Below the pieces are notes generated by a model. The model worked only from the letters and a program-made list of their open reading frames with translations, ran no database searches and was not told where the DNA came from. From Eledone cirrhosa (Eukaryota): a stretch of DNA of 64,000 nt. Of the stretch, positions 1 to 13,655 are shown piece after piece. The first letter of the stretch is position 1, and every line of letters starts with the position of its first letter. The stretch spans positions 32,364,001-32,428,000 of the forward strand of contig OZ024746.1 in NCBI GenBank assembly GCA_964016885.1. Reading direction: 5' to 3'. Made by a program: the position numbers and the translations under genes.

Positions 1-834
1 TTTGTACAGGATGTCAGAAATTGTTCTAAGATCAATAGAAACAGTGGGCTTCTGAGAGTTATACCATTGAAAAGGTTGAAAACAACTAACACTATTCAGT
101 CATCTTCAAAAGAATAAATGGCCCTTGCAGATAATGACTAGCCATAAATACTTGAAAAATTTCCAGGTAAAAGTTGGAAAGTAGTTTCCCAGAAAATAGC
201 ATTACATACAGAATAAGGAAAATGAAAAGTTTAGTTAAAAAGAAATTGTGAAACAAAATATCTACAATCACAGCTAGTGTCTGAGTATTTAGTGCCTTAG
301 ACTAGCGCTAAAATGTGAACCCCCTTCTCACAATTATGTTCTCCATTCTCTCTCATTTTTTTATACTCCTTGCTCTGAACACACTAAGAAAATTACTAAA
401 GCCTGCATTTTCCACTACACAGTCCACACTCATCCATGCCAAACGATATGACAGATCAAAACACCATACAACCCTCTCAAAGACCTTTAGCAATTTATTG
501 ATCACAAGAAATTATTGAATATTTAATTTAATTATATAAATTTGTATAAAATTGTGATTCTTCAAGGTTCAGTAATACACTGCTTTAAGGTCTACTACAT
601 GCTAGACAGTTGCCTAGCTAGCCTCACTAGTAGCACTGTCCCTGGAAGCTACTGATTATTTTGGGTGGTACAATTTAACCCTTTATACTTTTAGTTTTTT
701 TCTTAGGATATCTCAAGATCAGTGCTTAATGAAACTTGAACCTTTCCATTACCATATTTCTAATAGGAAAAACACTGCCAATGATTTCCAAATAGTTTTG
801 AAAATACTCAAGAATTTGGAGGTATTTAATAATG

Positions 835-1240
835 ATTTCTACTATAGGCACAAGGCCAGCAATTTGGGGGAAGGGAAAGTCAATTAAATAAGCCCCAGTG
901 CATTACTGGTACATTACTATTTTATCAACCCTGTAAGGATGAAAGGCAAAGCTAACCCCGGCAGGATTTGCACTCAGAACGTAAAGGGCCATAATTCTAT
1001 GCTACAAAGAATGGTGTATGACACTCTACCAATACTGCCAATCCATTGCTCTTACTTAATAATTGTTTCTGCTTTTGGCACAAGGCCAGCAATTACCCCA
1101 GTGCATTACTGGTGCTTTATTTTATTGACCCCGTAAGGATGAAAGGCAAAGTTAACCTCGGCAGGATTTGAACTCAGACCGTGAAGGGCCAAAACTCTAT
1201 GCTGCAAAGCATGGCATCCGACTCTCTATTGATACTGCCA
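835..1240 (-). mobile_element. Two tandem copies of tRNA-derived SINE family A
   Basis: Reverse-complement matches to the family-A consensus (ggcagtatcggtagag...gagttcaaatcc...ctttcatccttacggggtcgataaa...gctggccttgtgcc) seen many times in the window. Confidence 0.8.
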
Positions 1241-1550
1241 AGTAGATGTTTGGGACATAATTTGACTTTGGTGTGTTTTGAACTCAAAGTGGAGAGAACC
1301 AAAATGAATACATTCTAATGGCTTTGTTAATATATTGGCTAACTTAACAAAGTTTCTTACATAAAATTATGATGGAAGGTTTTTTTTTAGAATGTCAGCA
1401 TGGAAAATTGGATGCAAAATGATGATGATGATAAAAATCTTAAAACAAATAATTTTGTATCAGGGGCAGTTTCAGATGGTTTCCTATTATAGAGGGTTAA
1501 AGTAAAGAGGAATATTGTTTTATAAATATATAACATCATGTACTTGAATA

Positions 1551-1581
<31 letters not shown>

Positions 1582-3139
1582 ATAAGTAGTGCAGAAATCA
1601 TTAAATAGAAAGGATCAGTGAAGGAGTGTATTCATGGCCACACCCACAATATAACATACCCTCCAAGTTTGTACTAATATCCTTGGGAAAGGCATAAACA
1701 TCATAATTTCTCATTCCCCCCATCCCCTCCTCTTCAACACATTCTTAAAATATCTCAGATTTCATTGATATTGTTGTAAGAAACCCTTATTTACAACCAA
1801 ATGTGTGTGTCTCTGCAATATTTTGAAGTAGTGCTAAGTAACAATCTAGCAGAGAGGTCGACCATGTTGAACTTTCATCTGATAAACTAGAATCAAACTT
1901 ATTTCTCTCATTTCAATTCCTGACTCCCAGTTTAACCAAAACTAGACAGATATCTACAAATGTTGTTTATGTACTTTTGATACTCCAACTTTATTTTCAA
2001 ATATTGCTATCAAATCAGACCAGCTGTTAAATGTTAAACCTATATCTCTCCAGCAGACCTCAATCCTAGCTAATTATTATGCTAACCCAATGCTTTATCT
2101 TGACTTTCATCCAGTATCAGAAGACCCTAAAATTAAAATTGTTCTTATATCTAACTTGGCAGTGACCCCTATTAAACAAGACTTACAGGAAACCCCATCT
2201 CACATTTCACAGTCCTCACATTCAAAGTTTTTGGGAAGTTATTTGACAAGATTCAAACTACCTTCTTTATTTCCTCTTCAGAGGATACACATTGAGCTAA
2301 TGTAAAGATATGAGCTGTATTAAAGTACAATAGCTGAGCAGGGTGGGGGTAAAGTACTACTGAAAACAAAGATGGGCTTGTATAAGATAAACAGCCAAAT
2401 TCTCTCTTCATATACTCGAAGGAGAAGAATTTAATACTACCTTAGTCAGAATATCTGATAACAAAATCCATCTTCTTTTTCCTCTGCCCACTATTTCTGG
2501 GAAGATCACAAGGAGTAGGGAGTAGAGTCCTCAGACAATCCTTTTAGAGAGTCCTGTCAGAAGCAACCATCTCCAAATGATCTGGCTGATTTCCCAAGTG
2601 TGACCAACCCAGCTCATGGATATTATCCAACTATCTTGCTCCCAGTTTACCTTTTGGTCTCCTGTTGGTTGACTTTGCTTGTAAAATCTGTCATGAAAAC
2701 TATCTTTTTCAAATGTTGGTAGTTAGCACTATAAATAGCACAGTGGATCTTATAAATCATTGGGTCATTGGTATCCCTCTTCGAAACTGTGTCTATATAT
2801 TATGTATCTAGTTTAGAATAGGTACTCTGTATCCCTGCATTTTGAACAAGATGACTAAAATGGTTGGGACCAGGGAGAGGATCAGGACATTAAAAATTGC
2901 CTGGACATGACCTGCTCGAGCAGAAGGAATGTTGGTAAATTGGCAATAAATAAAAAGTTGGATAGCATGTCTTGTAGTCTTTCTTCTAGTCTCTGGGATT
3001 TGAGTTCTAATTCTGCTGAGATGAATTAATTTTTCATCGTTTCAGAAGTGATACAATTAAATATCAGACCAGGATGATAAATTAATGGATGTGTTAAATG
3101 TTTGGGTTAATGAGATGTCTTCTGGTATCTCTTACAGCT

Positions 3140-3410
3140 CACTCTATCCTGATGTGGTGTCCTGAGAGCAATGACCAGCTCTATATGTTGTGTCCTAACA
3201 GCAATAACCAGCTCTACATGTTGTGTAAGCAATGATCACTTCTATATGTTGTGTCCTGACAGTAGTGATCAGCTCTACATGTCCCGAGAGCAATGACAAG
3301 CTCTATATGTTCTGATAGAAATAACCAGCGCTATATATCCTGACAGCAATGACCAGATCTATATGTTGTGAAAGCAATGACCAGCTCTATATCTTGTGAC
3401 AGCAATGCCT
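3140..3410. repeat. Degenerate tandem repeat (agcaatgaccagctctatatgttgtgtcctgac-like)
   Basis: About 7-8 imperfect copies visible. Confidence 0.75.
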
Positions 3411-4329
3411 ATGAAGACCCTGGAACCAAACTGTATCAACCCTGCCTTTGGTAGCATGGATAGGAGAGACTTATATGCATCAATGATGGCTGGTCTTCCA
3501 CAAAAAATACCTTACCCATGCCTATACTTTGAAGAAGAACTTTCCGGTGCCAACACATTTTCACAGGGGACATATGGAGAATCTGAGCAAGAAGTCAGTT
3601 CTGTAGATCCCATTCCAGATGGGAAGTTTAACTCAGTACTGCAATATTAGAAACATTTATCAATTATACAGTACTTCCACTGTTTAAAGCAGTGAGCTTT
3701 ACCTACAATGTATTTTACCTATTAACAGTTTGTTAAACTGGGTATTTCAGAGTTTACTGTTTTAGCCATAAATTACAGAATTGGTTCTGCCACAATGAAT
3801 AATCAACATTTTGTCCACCAATTTTGTGAAGTAAGCCAATTATAATTCTTTCAAGCGATTACAGTGATATTCAGCTACATATTCCAAGATTTGTTGAACA
3901 ATCCAACCCAGATCAGCAAAGATTTTGGATACAAATAAAATATTGTGTGGTAAAAGAGCAAAATTCAAATCTTAACTAGTGTCTAAATCAGGAATAGAAC
4001 CCCTCTGGGATTCAAACATAATCATAAGCCCAACATCCTAACCACTAAGACACATGCTTTTACACACGCACACACACTAGTGTTGTACTTATATAAACAA
4101 GGTATTTAGATGTCATGAAGTGCTGATGAAATAAGGTCACAATAATCTCTTCCTAAACCAATCCTTCAATATCAATATACACACATCATCATCATCATCA
4201 TCATCACCACCACCACGAACACCACCACCATCACCACCATCTTTACCATCATCATCATCATTTAATATACATATTTAGCAATTATTAATTATTACAAATT
4301 ATATTGGCCAAATAAGGAAGGCACCTAAC

Positions 4330-4690
4330 TAAATATATCATACTTTATAGTTCTGTATTTCTATGTTATAATTTCACCATATCACACTTTATAGTGCTGT
4401 ACTCCTAAATAAGTTCACCATATCACACTATATAGTGCTGTACTTCTATAATAAGTTCACTATATCACACCATATAGAGCTGTACTTTTATAATAAGTTC
4501 ACCATATCACATATATAGTACTGTACTTCTATATATTAATTTCACAATATCACAAAATATAGTGCTGTACTTCTATATAATAAGTTCATCATATCACACT
4601 ATATAAGGCTGCACTTCTATATAAGTTCACTATATCACGCTATATAGTGCTGTACTTCTATATAATAAGTTCACCACATCACACAGTACT
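4330..4690. repeat. ~43-bp minisatellite (ttcaccatatcacactatatagtgctgtacttctatataataag)
   Basis: About 8 tandem copies. Confidence 0.85.
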
Positions 4691-4803
4691 TATTGCAAAT
4701 AATAAAATATATATTGAGTGGCAGGAGTGATATAATATATATATATATATACTGAAGTAGGAGTTGATATATTATAATCATACTTGTCATCATTATCATC
4801 ATT

Positions 4804-5177
4804 GGCAGTGGATTGGCAGTATCGGTAGAGAGTCGGACACCATGCTTCCCAGCGTAGTTACGTCCCTTTACGGTCTGAGTTCAAATCCCGCGGAGGTTGA
4901 CTTTGCTTTCATCCTTACGGGGTCGATAAAATAAAGTACCAGTAATGTACTGGGTAATTGCTGGCCTTGTGCCTAAAGTAGAAACAATTATCATCATTGG
5001 CAGTATCAGTAGAGTGTCAGACACCATGCTTTACAGCATATAGTTATGGCCCCTTATGTTCTGAGTTCAAATCCTGCAGAGGTTAACTTTGCCTTTCATC
5101 CTTACGGGGTCGATAAAATAAAGTACCAGTAATGCACTGGGATAATTGCTGGCCTTGTGCCAAAGTAGAAACAATTA
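4804..5177 (+). mobile_element. Two tandem copies of SINE family A
   Basis: A-box/B-box-like head (tggcagtatcggtaga; gagttcaaatcc) and shared tail ending agtagaaacaatta. Confidence 0.85.
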
Positions 5178-5544
5178 TCACCATCTTCACCATTCAATGT
5201 CCAAATTCCCACCTATTTATTAAATTTTGCTAATCTATCTCCGGCAAAATTTTATTTTAAGTGGTAGCATTCCAGCAACAATTAATTTTCTTTATTCATT
5301 AAAAATCATTAAACATGACAAAAAAAAAAAAATACTAGAAATCCTATACGTTATAAAATAAATAGTATGGGTTGGGGGTCTCAATATGTAAGGTTTTAAA
5401 AAAATCAACAGAGACAATCTAGAATAAATTACCGATTTTCCGACACCCTGCTTATTTCACCCCACCTTCTGCTTATTCCATTCCCCATTTATTGCAGTCT
5501 CCCTATTATTTGAGACCCGAGAGTATAACTTCCTTCATTAGCAC

Positions 5545-6265
5545 TAGTAGTGGTGGTGGTGGTGTTGTTGGTGACGCTGTTGGTGATAGTGGTGTTATTG
5601 GTGTTGATGGTGGTGGTTGTGGTGGTGGTGATGGTAGTGTTGGTGGTGATGGTAGTGTTGGTGGTGACGGTGTTGGTGGTAGCAGTGGTGGCAGTGGTTT
5701 TGATGGTGGTGGTGTTGGTGGTGGTGATGATGGTGGTGTTGGTGATGGTGATGATGGTGGTGTTGTTGGTGACGCTGTTGGCGATAGTGGTGTTAGTGGT
5801 TTTGATGGTGGTGGTTGTGGTGGTGGTGATGATGGTGATGGTTGTGGTGGTGGTGATGATGGTAGTGTTGGTGGTGACGGTGTTTGGGTAGCAGTGGTGG
5901 CAGTGGTTTTGATGGTGGTGGTGTTGGCGGGGGTGGGGGTGGGGAATGGTGGTGTGGGGGGGTGTTGGTGGTGGTGGTGTTGGTGGTAGTGATGGTGGTA
6001 GCAATGGTGGCAGTGGTTTTGATGGTGGTGGTGATGGTCGTAGTGGTGGTGTTGATCATGGTGCTCATGGTGGCTGTGGTAGCGGTGGTGGTGTTGGTTG
6101 ATGGTGTTGGTAGTGGTGGCAGGGGTAGTGATGGTTAGGGTGGTGTTGATAATGCCGATGGTGGTAGTCGAGTTGTATGATGATGATGGAGATAGTTATG
6201 ATGGTGTTGATGATAGCAGTGGTGGTGGTGGTGGTGAGGGTGATAAAGATGATGATGATGATGCC
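5545..6265. repeat. (GGT/GAT/GTT)n low-complexity trinucleotide tract
   Basis: Direct inspection; source of the spurious Gly/Val/Thr/His ORFs. Confidence 0.9.
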
Positions 6266-6599
6266 ATATCTTTAAACAGTAAGATGTACCAAGTATATTT
6301 CCCACACAAATTCCAGAGATATAATAAAATGTCTAAAGATATGATTCTGCAGAAATCACACCATCTTTAGTATATTTAAGTCTGTCATTTGTTATGTTTT
6401 CAAATAAACATTACAAGTCGTATATAACTGTCATAGCTTCTCATGAATGGCTGTGCCTATGTATATTATGTGAGTACATGTGTGTGTACTTATATGGGTG
6501 TGTGTGTATGTGTGTGTATGTGTGTGTATGTGTATAGAACTAGTCTATTTTTAATGATTCTATATGTATATATCATCATCATCACCATCATCTATATAT

Positions 6600-6940
6600 A
6601 TGGAGGCACATGGCTTAGTGGTTAGAGCATTGGCCTTGCAATCGAAAGGTTGTGAGTTCAATTCTCAGACTGGGTGATGTGTTGTTTCCTTGAGCAAGAC
6701 ACTTTATTTCACATTGCTCCAGTTTACTCAGCTGTAGAAATGAGATGATAGGGACTGGGGTCCCTATCATTCCACTGCAAAGTGGTCGTGGAGGTGCCAC
6801 GGAAAAAAAGCACCCAGCACTCACTGTAAATGAGGTTGGTGTTAGGAAGGGCATCCAGCTGTAGAAATCAAGCCAGAATCAGTTCCCATCCCACCCTTGC
6901 AAGCAGGGGAAAGTGGACGTAAAATGAAATGATGATGATG
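6600..6940 (+). mobile_element. tRNA-derived SINE family B with RTE-like 3' tail
   Basis: tggcttagtggttaga A box, gagttcaattc B box, ccttgagcaagacac core, tail ggtgttaggaagggcatccagctgtagaaa...ggacgtaaaatga(tga)n. Confidence 0.85.
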
Positions 6941-6969
6941 ATATATTTATAAATATATATATATATTTC

Positions 6970-9443
6970 GTTTCTGAATTTGTTTAGCAAGATTCTTTAT
7001 CTGAAAACGTGTGTTGAAACTGATATTGTTATACTTTGGGAGGTTCATGTTGCCAATAAGAAACACATGCACCAGTTGCTTTCACTTCAATTTATTATAA
7101 TAAATTTATAAATTTAGGAATTTATGAATTTAGGAATTTATTTATGAATTTAGGAATTTATAAATTTCCGGTTGGTTGGTTGCACAACCAGATGGTAGTT
7201 CATATATTGTCAAAGCTCTTTCGTCACACATTCTGTGACCTCTTCAGTGACTGGGGATTCTTTTCTTTGTTTTTGTTTTTGTGCCTCTCCTTTGTTCTGT
7301 CCTACGCCATCTTGTTTCTGTGTGTGTGTTGTGTGCTCAGTCTGCGCATGCGCCACATCCGGGTGTCTGTGTGTGTTTATATTCGTTTATTTATTTGTTT
7401 ATTTACATGTTACTGGCTGGTTGTTTGTTCTATGTGCGTGTGTGTTTTCATTTTGTCCTTAATTGTAAGTTGTGATGTTGCTGTTCCACTCATGTTTTCT
7501 ATTTAATTTTGGTTGTAATTCTTTTATGTTTATGGTCTCTGTGATTTGTCTAAACATTGCGTCTTTTCTGTGTGTAGATTCTATTTTTATTTCTATGTTC
7601 TCTAATTTACCCTTATGTTCTATTTTAGCATGTTGGTAGAGTACAGATGATTCTTTACTATCCTGAAGGTCTCACCAGTGTTCATTTATCCGTTCCCCTA
7701 CACTACGAGCTGTCTCACCTATGTACACTATATTCTTATCTCTACATTGTCCTTAAGTACATCTTATGCTATATACTACATTTATAGTTTTACAGTTAAT
7801 ATGGGGGCTTAATTTACAGGTTATACATTTCTTTGAAAGGGGTATGTCTTGCTAATAAGTGTTTTTATGGAGGTACCTGGTCTTTCTACTATCTTAATAT
7901 TGAGTTTATGTTTATCTAGGGCCCTTCTAAATTTGTAAGCTAATTCACCTCTAGGGGTTGTATCGATGAACATTACACTCTGGTATTTATTGCTATCATA
8001 CCATGAGTTTATTCTATTAGCCTTGTTCCTAGTTCTTTCTATTCTATTCCAAAATTTGCTCCTATACAAGGGGCAGGTCCCATTTGTGTCATTATTTACC
8101 ATTTTTTCCCATTTGGTTCTGACTCCTCTATACACTCTGATTTTATCTCTCTGATTGTAACCAGAGAACTGCATACGATGGATGAAGTGTTGTATGTGTC
8201 TCTCTAGTTCTTCGGGGTTGCACATGCGGGACACGTTTCTCATCACCTGTACCAAATCCGCAATCAGTATGTTGATTTTGGTATGGTCCGAAACAGCTGA
8301 GTTTCGGTGGATCAGATATTTGGAAGTCATGTGTTTGGCATAATGCGAATGGAGGATTTGTTTTTTGTTATTAATGGTATCTAACCAGAGCTCTGTGTCT
8401 AGTACAGGTAATCGATGGTTGGGGTGTTTGCTTGGGTAGTCTATAGTAACTCTAATAGTCTGGTGGATGGAGTTAGCTATTTGCTGGATGCTTTCCATTG
8501 TGTTTTTCTCTAATTCCTGACTGTTCTCTAGTGGGGGTGTTTTAACTACGATGTTTATATCATCAACGTAGCAGGAGTACATTATCAGGGTTAAGGGGTC
8601 TTCTAATTGTTCTTTAAGTTTAAGTTTAAGTCTACTGTCCCACCATACCATGAATAAGTTAGCTATGTTGCCTGCAATGCTAACACCAATGGCTGCTCCC
8701 TCCTCTTGGGCATATGTTTTTCCAGTAAATTTGAGCAGATGTTCCTTAAGAGTTAATTTTATGCTGGCCCCCCACCGCATGTGCAATCATTTTCTTTAGT
8801 TCATCGTGGTTTTCGGGGGTCCGTATGGCTCTGGTCCACCCGTTCCATCTATCTGTGTGGGTTTTCTTGGCCATTGAGGTAATGGTAGGTGGTCTGCCTC
8901 TTGCTGGTCTTGTAGGGCACAGGTTGCTAAGGTCATATGTGTCTAGATAATTATTACTATAGGTAAGTTTAAGTAGGAGTCCCAGCTCACTGGTATCAAT
9001 CCCATGGAACTCAACATTGCTCTCACTGATCATTTCTACGCATTTCTCCACAGCAAAATCCACATCAATAGATGGATACAGGGACACAACATTCATACTA
9101 CCTATTATGCAGTTTGTTAGGTCCCTAGATCGGTTACTCTTGCTGATTCTGCTGAGGAGGTCCTCCGTGCTGTCACATACATCTGGGGACATTTCAATGA
9201 TGGGTGTATGATCAGGGAGAGGAAGTAGGACAGTCTGTAGTTACTAGCAATGTTAGCTCCACAGACTGGCCGTGTTGGTGGTCCCGTGACAGGGTCACTG
9301 CTCGTTTTATGGTCTTTTCGAAGCCCATACAACGCTGGCACGTCATTGTTCTAGGCCTAAATTTATAAATTTATTATAATAAATTGAAGTGAAAGCAACT
9401 GGTGCGTGTGTTTCTTATTGGCAACATGACCCTCCCAAAGTAT

Positions 9444-9450
<7 letters not shown>
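6970..9450 (-). mobile_element. 5'-truncated Penelope-like retroelement (frameshifted RT, non-coding 3' region, inverted terminal copy)
   Basis: Three overlapping minus-strand ORF pieces (9341-7821): LYGLRKDHK..PTRPV, SMNVVSLYPSI, YAQEEGAAIG, YVDDI, LPVLD are PLE-type RT motifs; approx. 7025-7118 recurs inverted at 9356-9450. Confidence 0.85.
7209..7251 (-). ncRNA. Minimal type-I hammerhead ribozyme in the PLE 3' region
   Basis: gtca CTGAAGA g gtcaca gaatg tgtgac GAAA gagc TT tgac: helix I gtca/tgac, helix II gtcaca/tgtgac with one extra G. Confidence 0.7.
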
Positions 9451-9481
<31 letters not shown>

Positions 9482-9644
9482 GTATGTCTGTGTGTATGTG
9501 TGTGTATATATATATGTGCGTGAGTTTATGTATATGTATGTGTATATATGTATATGTATGTATATATATATATGTATGTATATATATATATGTATGTATA
9601 TGTATATATATATTTATGTATGTATATGTGTATATATGCATCAT

Positions 9645-9985
9645 TTCATTTCATTTCATTTACGTCCACTTTTCCCTGCATGCAAGGGTGGGACGGGAAC
9701 TGATTCTGGCTTGATTTCTACAGCTGGATGCCCTTCCTAACACCAACCTCATTTACAGTGAGTGCTGGGTGCTTTTTTTGCCGTGGCACCTCCACGACCA
9801 CTTTGCAGTGGAATGATAGGGACCCCAGTCCCTATCATCTCATTTCTACAGCTGAGTAAACTGGAGCAATGTGAAATAAAGTGTCTTGCTCAAGGAAACA
9901 ACACATCACCCGGTCTGAGAATTGAACTCACAACCTTTCGATTGCAAGGCCAATGCTCTAATAACCACTAAGCCATGTGCCTCCA
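9645..9985 (-). mobile_element. SINE family B
   Basis: Near-identical reverse complement of 6600-6940. Confidence 0.9.
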
Positions 9986-10816
9986 TGTATATATGTTTGT
10001 TTCTAAAACCACAAACTCTGTTAACAATGGAAGTCTCCTTTCACAATATTGTGTCAATGTGAAATAATTAGATTTAAATATTCTGTAAAAAAATTGCTAA
10101 TTTAATAAAACTTTAATGAATTAATAAATACCATATGTAAATGAAGTATGTAAAGTCATATGAGAAACTTTATATATATATGTAAAAATTATGATACACA
10201 GTTACACACATTTACACATACACACATATATATACATATACATACATATACATACACATACATACATACACACATACATACACACACATGCACATACATG
10301 CATATACACACACCTACAATATACACACACATATACACACACCTACAAATACATACACACATACACACACACACACACACATACATATACATGCACCTAC
10401 AAACATGCACACACACACATGCTCACAGACATACATACACACACATACATACCCACATATTTGCATACATGCACACATATATACATACCCATACATACAC
10501 ATTTACAAACACACACACACACACACACACATGCATACATACACACACACACTCACACATATACATGCACACACACACACACATACACACACACATCATG
10601 AGACTGGCGATGTCAGGGCAGGTGACAGTGTCTTGCTCATACACACTTATTTCTGGCTTTTTTTTCTATGGGTGGATGCCTGTCTTAAAGCCAACCATCA
10701 AAGTGTGGTTAATGGGAGCTTTTCATTGTGGCATCAACATCACTACTGTACAGGGTGAACTGGATGCATTTTCATCACAGTACCAGCATAACCACCTTAC
10801 ACATAGCAGCTTGTAA

Positions 10817-11500
10817 CGGCAAAGCATAAACGAACTAAGGGAAAAATTAGAAATAAGAGGGATCAGATGTTGTTTACTCGAGAGAAGACTACGTTGGTAT
10901 GGTCACGTGATGCGCATGAAAGACGACAGCTGTATAAAAAAGTTCAGGGCAATAAAAATAGATGGTAGCCACGGAGTAGGCAGACCCAGAAAAACCTGGG
11001 ACGACTTGATAAATTTCGACCTCACACACTTACACCTCTCCAAGACAATGTCACTTGGACCGAGATCTTTGGCGCTACACAGTAATACAGAAGACCCGCC
11101 TTACCTAAGTACAAAGTGAAACCTACTACAGTCAGTAGGCACCTCTAACAAAAATACACCCCGTCCCACTACCCCCACCCCATCCACACCAGCCCTTTCG
11201 ATGTAAAGTTATGCTGGTACCACAACATCCAGGCCGAAACAAATGAGGTTGTGTAGGTGTCACGACAAAAAACAAACACACAGTCCACGCTGTAATGTGG
11301 CCGTGTAGGTAACACGGTAAAAACCTCCCAGTCCACACTGTAAATGTGGTTGGTGTTAGGAAGGGCATCCAGCCGTAGAAAACCCGCCAGACAGTCCTGT
11401 GCGAGCAAGACAACAAATCTTGCCTCAAGTGGGAAAACTCCCGTCCAAACCCATGCAAGCGTGGAAGATGGACGTTAAACGATGATGATGATGATGATGA
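10817..11500 (+). mobile_element. RTE-clade LINE 3' fragment
   Basis: RRLRWYGHVMRM...GRPRKTW C-terminal RTE motif; 3' UTR ends ggacgttaaac(gat)n; near-identical to 19200-20030. Confidence 0.9.
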
Positions 11501-11569
11501 TATAAATATATATATATATAGTGCAGAGCAAGAGAGAGGGAGAGATCATCATCATCATATATGAGTTCC

Positions 11570-11790
11570 AGTTTGAAACTCTTCTGTTTCAATATTTTCA
11601 TGACCTATTCCATCAACTTGATACCTTGATAGTTTCCTCTATCCAGTGCATCACCTTTGCCCTTTCAACAACTATCGCACAAGGTCCAGCAGCTTTGGCC
11701 ATCTTCATATCCTTAATTGCATTATTGACCATAGTGATAGCTGGTCCCTCTGTTGGATCTATTGAAGCTGACCATCTCCTACCCCTTATA
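11570..11790 (-). mobile_element. Old RTE-type RT fragment
   Basis: Minus-strand translation gives KMAKAAGP...KGKGDALDRGNYQGIKLME*VMKIL, with a stop and an internal deletion. Confidence 0.7.
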
Positions 11791-13314
11791 GGAAACCCTA
11801 GACACTATATATTGAATTTCACTTCAATTTATCATTATAATTTCCTGTCAGTTAATTTAATAACTGGATGGTTGTTATATAAATGCCCAGTCCCCCCTGT
11901 ATGTGGTCATGCTGGGGCACAACAAAAACCACAATTTTCACCCTATTAGAAAGCCATGTAGTCCACCCTGTTAGAAGGTCATTTTGGTACCACTATAAAA
12001 AGCACCAAGGCCATACTGTAATGTAGTTGGTATTTGGAAGGGCATCCCACTGTACAAACTAAGCCAAAATACAGGTCCGTATGTGTAAGATGCAGTGTTC
12101 TAAGCCAATTTGTCTCTTAACAGGATAACCCGTCCAACCCATGCAAGCGTGGAAAATGGATGTTAAACAATGATGATGATGACGATGATGGAGATGATAT
12201 AATTATCACTTTTTAATGTCTATTTTCCATGCTTGCATGAGTTAGATGGGTTGTCATGTTTTAAAGCTAACCAGGTCAGATGACCATATTTTGCACATAC
12301 AAAACTGTTTGTGACTAGGTTTGCTATAGCTGGGTGCCCTTGCTAACAGAAATCATATTACAGCATGTACTGGAAGCTTTTATCATGGCACCACTTTACA
12401 GGGTGGACTGGGCGCTTTTTGTTTTTTGTGACAGCAACACTACCAGAATACAGGGTGAACTATGCATCATCATTATTTTTCCACACTGGCATAAGGCAGT
12501 GTTTTATGGCTGAATACACTTCCTGGCGCCAACTGTTTTAGTTGCCTCATAATATGCACCGTACAGTGTACCTATTCTAAGAACTGGGACATATATATAT
12601 ATATATAGCTATATACATATGCATACATATATATATATATTTGTATATATATATATATCATCATCATCATCATCGTTTAAATATACATATATATATATAT
12701 ATGTATCTAAGTATGTATGTGTATAAGTTAATGAGATATTGTTTAAGGTAATCCACTCATTTACTATATATATATATATGTATATACATATATATGCATA
12801 TATACGTATTTATACACACACATACACACACACATATATATATATAGATACATATATATATATGTATATGTGTATCATCATCATTATCAAACATGTGTAG
12901 ACGAGCTCTTTCATTGAACCTACTTTTCCTCCTATTATCACTGACTGTATATTTTGTACAGTTCAAAGAGACTATAAACATCTTCAACAGTTGTTAATCT
13001 TATAAAATAGAGCTAATAGTGTTCTGTTTTTAGACAAGGGACACTGTTTTGGCCTGATGGCTTCCAACTGAGCAAACTCTGTCTCTTAATTCCCCTCAGA
13101 TTCCAATCTATACACTCTTAGAATTCTCAATTCATTTTCCTTTAGGCATCTCAAAAGACATCTTTGTTTGATTCTCTTCTCTGAAGAAAAATGAAGAATT
13201 CAATATATGTATAAAATATAAGACTAACTAACTAAGAAACCAAACTAAACCAAACCAAATTTTAATGTTCTTCAACTCTAAAGTCTTTGAGGGTTTCTGG
13301 TTAATGGTTCTTTT

Positions 13315-13655
13315 ATGACTATAACCACTACAACCATCACCCCTACCATCATTACTACTACCATTACCACATACCATCACCACCACTGCTACCACTGCTG
13401 CCACCACCACCACTGCTGCCACCACCACCACCACCACCACCACCACCATCACCACTACCATCACCACCACTTACCACAACTACCACCGCCATCACCACCA
13501 CCACCACCACAACAACCACCATCACCATCACCACTACCACCACCACCACCACCACCACCACCACAATTACTACCACCACAACTACAACCACCACAACTAC
13601 CACCACCATCACCACCACAACTACCACCACCACCACCACCATCACCACTACCAGC
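13315..13655. repeat. (CCA)n-type trinucleotide tract
   Basis: Direct inspection. Confidence 0.9.

Noticed and set aside
5489-6370. Long Gly/Val/Thr/His/Pro-rich ORFs (also at 13228-13740, 18298-19031, 34095-34455)
   Set aside because: Produced by stop-free trinucleotide repeats open in several frames on both strands; no splice context or domain.
6605-6675. tRNA-like sequence with A and B boxes
   Set aside because: It is the head of a multi-copy SINE, not a complete cloverleaf tRNA gene.
7018-7075. Plus-strand CTGATAT...GAAACACATGCA motif (and a lone GAAACACATGTC at approx. 42130)
   Set aside because: Incomplete core or missing 5' half; not counted as ribozymes.
10160-10816. HT/YI/CV-repeat ORFs (many across the window)
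   Set aside because: Translations of (CA)n/(TA)n microsatellites.
12890-13185. Unique-looking sequence following a minus-strand acceptor-like site
   Set aside because: All three frames hit stops and no protein motif was recognised.
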